In this document: piece by piece, positions 58,615 to 64,000 of the stretch | Numbering within the stretch: position 1 is the stretch's first letter | Layout: each line of letters starts with the position of its first letter | From: Eledone cirrhosa | Lineage: Eukaryota | Direction: 5' to 3' | Assembly (NCBI GenBank): GCA_964016885.1 | Contig: OZ024759.1 | Span: 28,024,001-28,088,000, forward strand | DNA: 64,000 nucleotides | The notes under the pieces: generated by a model | Told to the model about the DNA's origin: nothing | The model's database searches: none | Seen by the model: only the letters and a program-made list of their open reading frames with translations | Made by a program: the position numbers and the translations under genes

Positions 58615-58746
58615 TAAATATATATATATATGTATATAATATATATATATATAATATATGTATATATATGTATATAATATATATATATAATATATATATA
58701 TTATTATTATTATATATATATATAATATATATATATTATATATATA

Positions 58747-58777
<31 letters not shown>

Positions 58778-58818
58778 ATTATATACATATATATATATAT
58801 TATATACACACATATATA

Positions 58819-58866
<48 letters not shown>

Positions 58867-59150
58867 ATATAATATATATATATGTATGTATATAATATAT
58901 ATATATAATATATATATATATTATATATATAATATATATATATTATATATATATATAATAATAATAATATATATATATTATATATATATATTATATATAT
59001 ATATTATATATATATATATTATATATATATTATATATATATATATTACATATTTATATATATATATATATATGTATATAATATATATATATATAATATAT
59101 ATATATATATGTATGTATATAATATATATATATATATATATGTATATAAT

Positions 59151-59193
<43 letters not shown>

Positions 59194-59698
59194 ATATATA
59201 TATATTATATATATATATAATAATAATAATATATATATATTATATATATAATAATAATAATATCGTATATATATATATATAATATATATATAATATATAT
59301 ATAATAATAATAATATATATATATATAGTATATATATAATATATATATATATAATATTTATATATAATATATAAATATATAATATATAATATATATATAA
59401 ATATGTAATATATAATATATATATATATAATATATAAATATATAATATATATATATATAAATATGTAATATATAATATATATATATATAATATATAAATA
59501 TATAATATATATATATATAAATATGTAATATATTATATATATATATATAGTATATATATATATAATATATATATATAAATATGTAATATATTATATATAT
59601 ATATATAATATATATATAATATATATATATATAATATATAATATATATATATAATATATATATATATATAATATATATATATATAATATATATATATA
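58615..59698. repeat. Nearly pure A/T compound (TA)n/(TAA)n tract
   Basis: Directly visible. Confidence 0.95.
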
Positions 59699-60503
59699 CG
59701 ATCATGAAGCTTTGTGATCGTTCAATGAGAGAATTGAATCTAAACATTAAAGAACTGAACTTTCGAAGCGCTGACGAAATCAATTTATAAGAGGGTGCAG
59801 GATATATACACACGGTTTATTGTTTCTTAACATCCATGTTAGGTGGCGAATTGGAACGTCGGTCAGAATGCTTTATGGTATTCGTTCCGACTGAGGTAAA
59901 CTTTGCATATGTATATACGTATGTCAATACGGGGCTCCAACATATTCCATCAGAAGTTACGGGACCATACATACAATACATACAACATCACTGTTAGATA
60001 TAAATGGCTGCTAAAAATAAAGTCGCGGCATGGTAAAAATACCGAGTGCTTTCTCACTGCGATGAGGTTACATTTATCTTGTAAACTATAATGGCAAGAT
60101 AGTATTAATTGAAGGTAGCTACGTTGGAAAGCGCGAGTGTCATACGGCAACTGTAACTAAAAGAATGACCCGTATGTGTACTAAAGAAAGCACTTTAATT
60201 TTGTGCAGCAGAGTTCTAATGCCGACATGATCTCCTTGTTCCGTTTTTTCCTTTTTTCCCCTTTTGATCTCACTGGAGGGTCAATAAAATAAGTATCTGG
60301 CTTCTTAAGAGGTTAATACAATTGATAATACACTAATTGGCACCATTCCAACTTAATAATTTTTTAGTCTTTCTCAGTCAATAGATTGGAAAATGTCTTT
60401 CTCATAAGATACCATTTTTCTATGACTCATTCCAAAGACCGCTTCATTCCCAAGGTAAAATCACATATTTGCTATTCATAACATCGCCTTTTATATATAT
60501 ATG

Positions 60504-60560
<57 letters not shown>

Positions 60561-60585
60561 GGATATGTATATATATGGATATGTT

Positions 60586-60618
<33 letters not shown>

Positions 60619-60685
60619 GTATGTATATATGTGTATATATATATATATGTATATATGTGTATATATATATATGGATATTTATATA

Positions 60686-60728
<43 letters not shown>

Positions 60729-61009
60729 ATATATGTATGTATATATATATATATATATATGGATTGTAAGTATGTGTGCGTCGGTGTGTAGTGTAATACA
60801 CGGTTTCTTCTTCTTCTTCTTCTTCTTCTTCTTCTTCTTCACAGGGAATCGACATATGTCATTTCCATCAATTCCGCCTTCATCGCCGCCCCCGTCAACA
60901 TCAGCATCCTCACTACCATCGCCACATCCGCCACCACCACCATTACGACCAGTAGCAGCACCACACCATCACCTTTACCACGATGACGGCGACCACAAAC
61001 AGCAATAAC

Positions 61010-61515
61010 ACCACTGTCACCACCACCACCAGCACAACTGTCAGCACCACCACCACCACCATACCACCATCACCGTCACCACCACCACCGTCACCACCAC
61101 CACCAGACCACCACCAGCATCACCACCGCCGTCAATAACACCACCACCACCGTCAATAACACCACCACCACCACCGTACCACCACCACCGTCAATAACAC
61201 CACCACCACCACCACCGTACCACCACCACCGTACCACCACCACCGTCAATAACAACACCACCACCACCGTACCACCACCACCGTCAATAACAACACCAGA
61301 CCACCACCAGCATCACCACCACCGTCAATAACACCACCACCACCTCCACCACCACCGTCAATAACACCACCACCACCACCACCACCACCACCGTCAATAA
61401 CACCACCACCACCACCGTACCACCACCACCGTCAATAACACCACCACCACCACCACCACCAATAACACCACCACCACCACCGTCAACACCACCACCACCA
61501 CCGTACCACCACCCC
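61010..61515. repeat. (CAC)n-based minisatellite with CGTCAATAA and CGTA punctuations
   Basis: Directly visible. Confidence 0.9.
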
Positions 61516-61779
61516 CAGCGTCTTAGGCCCTATATATGCAAATGTTTGAGTAATAAACCAGAAGAGATAAGACTAAAGTATAAAATGAAACAAACAATAA
61601 AATAAAGAACTGATAAAATAAGAATGACAGAAACTATCCCCCCCCCCCCCTCCCATCTCTACCCCTCCTCCTCCACTACCCCCCCCCCCCCCCTCCACCT
61701 TCCCCTCCTCTCCTCCCTGCCTCCCTCCTCCCTCTCCTTCCAATACTGCTCTTATTGTTAACATTGTCTCATTTATATT

Positions 61780-61853
<74 letters not shown>

Positions 61854-61957
61854 CGCGTGTGTATGTATATGTGTATGTATATATGTGTGTTTGTGTATGT
61901 ATATATACACACATACTCACACACACTCACACACACACACACACACTCACACACACT

Positions 61958-62007
<50 letters not shown>

Positions 62008-62203
62008 AACACAATAAATGCTTTCAGGTACAAAAGGCTGTACGGATGCGTATATATAAGTGTATATATATATATATAAGTGTATATATATATATATAAG
62101 TGGACTATATATATATATGGACTACATCTAAGTGGAGTATCTATTAGGATAACTTGTTATCCCGTATATATATATATATATGTGTATATAACTTGTTATC
62201 CCG

Positions 62204-62289
<86 letters not shown>

Positions 62290-62326
62290 CGCGTGTGTGT
62301 ATGTAGATACATAATGAATGTATGTT

Positions 62327-62366
<40 letters not shown>

Positions 62367-62405
62367 CGTGTGTGTGTGTATGTACTTACATAATGTATGT
62401 ATGTT

Positions 62406-62455
<50 letters not shown>

Positions 62456-63946
62456 CGTGTGTGTATGTATGTACATACATAATGTATGTATGTTTGTGTA
62501 TATATATATAGGCGTGTGTGTGTATGTAGATACATAATGTAAGTATGTTTGTATATATATATATATACATATATACATACATTTATATATACGTGTGTAC
62601 ACATATATATACACATATATATACACATATATATACACACACACGTCCCGTCTATATATATATAATCCTAAGTATATACAATTCACTGCAATTATAAGGG
62701 AAATATCTCCATCGTTTAAAGTGATTAGCAAAGAGTCGAACGAACGTGAACTTGATAGAAGAGATTACATTACTTTCAACATAATCTACTGTCTTAGAAA
62801 TATGGAGATGAACCTGTAGCTAGTGTTGTTGGTGGTGTAATGTGCCCGAACTCGGGAGAGCCGAACTCCCACTGTCATCGCCTCCATCTCTCATCACCGC
62901 CCTCCACCCATCTCTCTGTATTGTGAGCAAATGGGGTTCCACGTCCAGGTCCCCCCCCACAGCCCCGACGGACAGAACGGAGTTGTCAGCTAAGACGTTG
63001 TTGTTGTTGTTGTTGTTGTCCTTGGTGGTAGTGATGGTGGTGGTGGTGATGGTGGTGGCGGTGGTGGTGGTAGTGCCGGTGAAATTGTTACTTTTCTATT
63101 TTTGGTGCTGTTGTTGTTATTGTTATTGTCATCCTTGGTGGTAGTGATGGTGGTGGTGGTGGTGATGGTGGTGGTGGTTGTAGTGGTGATGGTGATGGTG
63201 GTGGTGGTGGCGGTGGTGGTAGTGGTGATGGTGGTGGTGGTGGCGGTGAAATTGTTACTTTTCTATTTTTGGTGCTGTTGTTATTGTTATTGTCACTAGT
63301 TGTTGTTATGTCGTAGTTATTGTTATTAGTCGCTCCATCTCTTTCTCCTTCCTTCTAACCCTCCCTATCTTCCCCATCCCCCCCTTTCAATTCTTCCTTC
63401 TCTTCATCCCTCTCTCCATCCCTCTTCCCTTCATTCCTTCTAACCCTCCCTCTCTCCTTCCATTCCTTTTTAACTCTCCATCCCTCTCTCCCTCCCTCTG
63501 CCAATCCTTCCCTTTCTACCTCCGCCTTTCTCTCATCTCCACTCCCTTCTCTCCCTCCCCCTCTTCCCATCACTCCTTCTCTCCCTCCTCCCTCTTCCCA
63601 TCATTCTTTCTCTCCCTCCTTCTCTCCATCCCCTTTCCCATCACTGCTTCTCCCCTTCCTCACTCCGCCACTCAGTTCCGGATCTGACTGGAATACTAAA
63701 AGCAATGTTTAATTGAGGAATATGTCGTTAATACATATTTAGTTTTTGTTTTGCTTTTTCTATCACTCGACCCGAAGGAGGAATTTAATTGAGGATGAGC
63801 TCCACTAGGTTGTATAACATCTACCTGTCACTTTTCATGAAGTTTCCGTTTATGGCTCAGTAGATTACAACAGTATAGTCATTTCACATCATTATCATAT
63901 GAGTTATTTAATACACATCATGAGCAAAATAATAAATAATCATAGC

Positions 63947-63987
<41 letters not shown>

Positions 63988-64000
63988 CATCTCTCTCTCT

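Noticed and set aside
62820-63095. GC-richer unique stretch with a minus-strand open frame (..NNVLADNSVLSVGAVGGDLDVEPHLL..)
   Set aside because: No start or strong acceptor and no recognisable domain; cannot be called from sequence alone.

Overview
Repeat-saturated, AT-rich eukaryotic non-coding DNA, probably intronic or intergenic. The SINE and LINE content points to a cephalopod (octopus-like) genome, which is an inference from recalled repeat families. Nearly all ORFs in the supplied track are translations of (TA)n/(CA)n/(GTA)n/(GTG)n microsatellites and are not genes. Recognisable content: many tRNA-derived SINEs (often head-to-tail arrays), 5'-truncated RTE-clade LINE ends, two non-autonomous Helitrons, a hAT-like MITE and several minisatellites. 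The main finding is at least nine Type I hammerhead-ribozyme motifs (CUGANGA / stem II / GAAA / short, mostly palindromic stem III / UH), plus decayed and half copies. They lie in short modules abutting (TA)n tracts and are repeatedly associated with long inverted repeats or palindromes, some breaking at or centred on the stem II hairpin. One pair is a direct tandem 752 bp apart, a retrozyme-like layout. This fits Penelope-like element (PLE) pLTR remnants or non-autonomous derivatives; no PLE ORF is visible here. All structures were folded by eye and none is experimentally tested. One low-confidence candidate zinc-finger exon was also seen.
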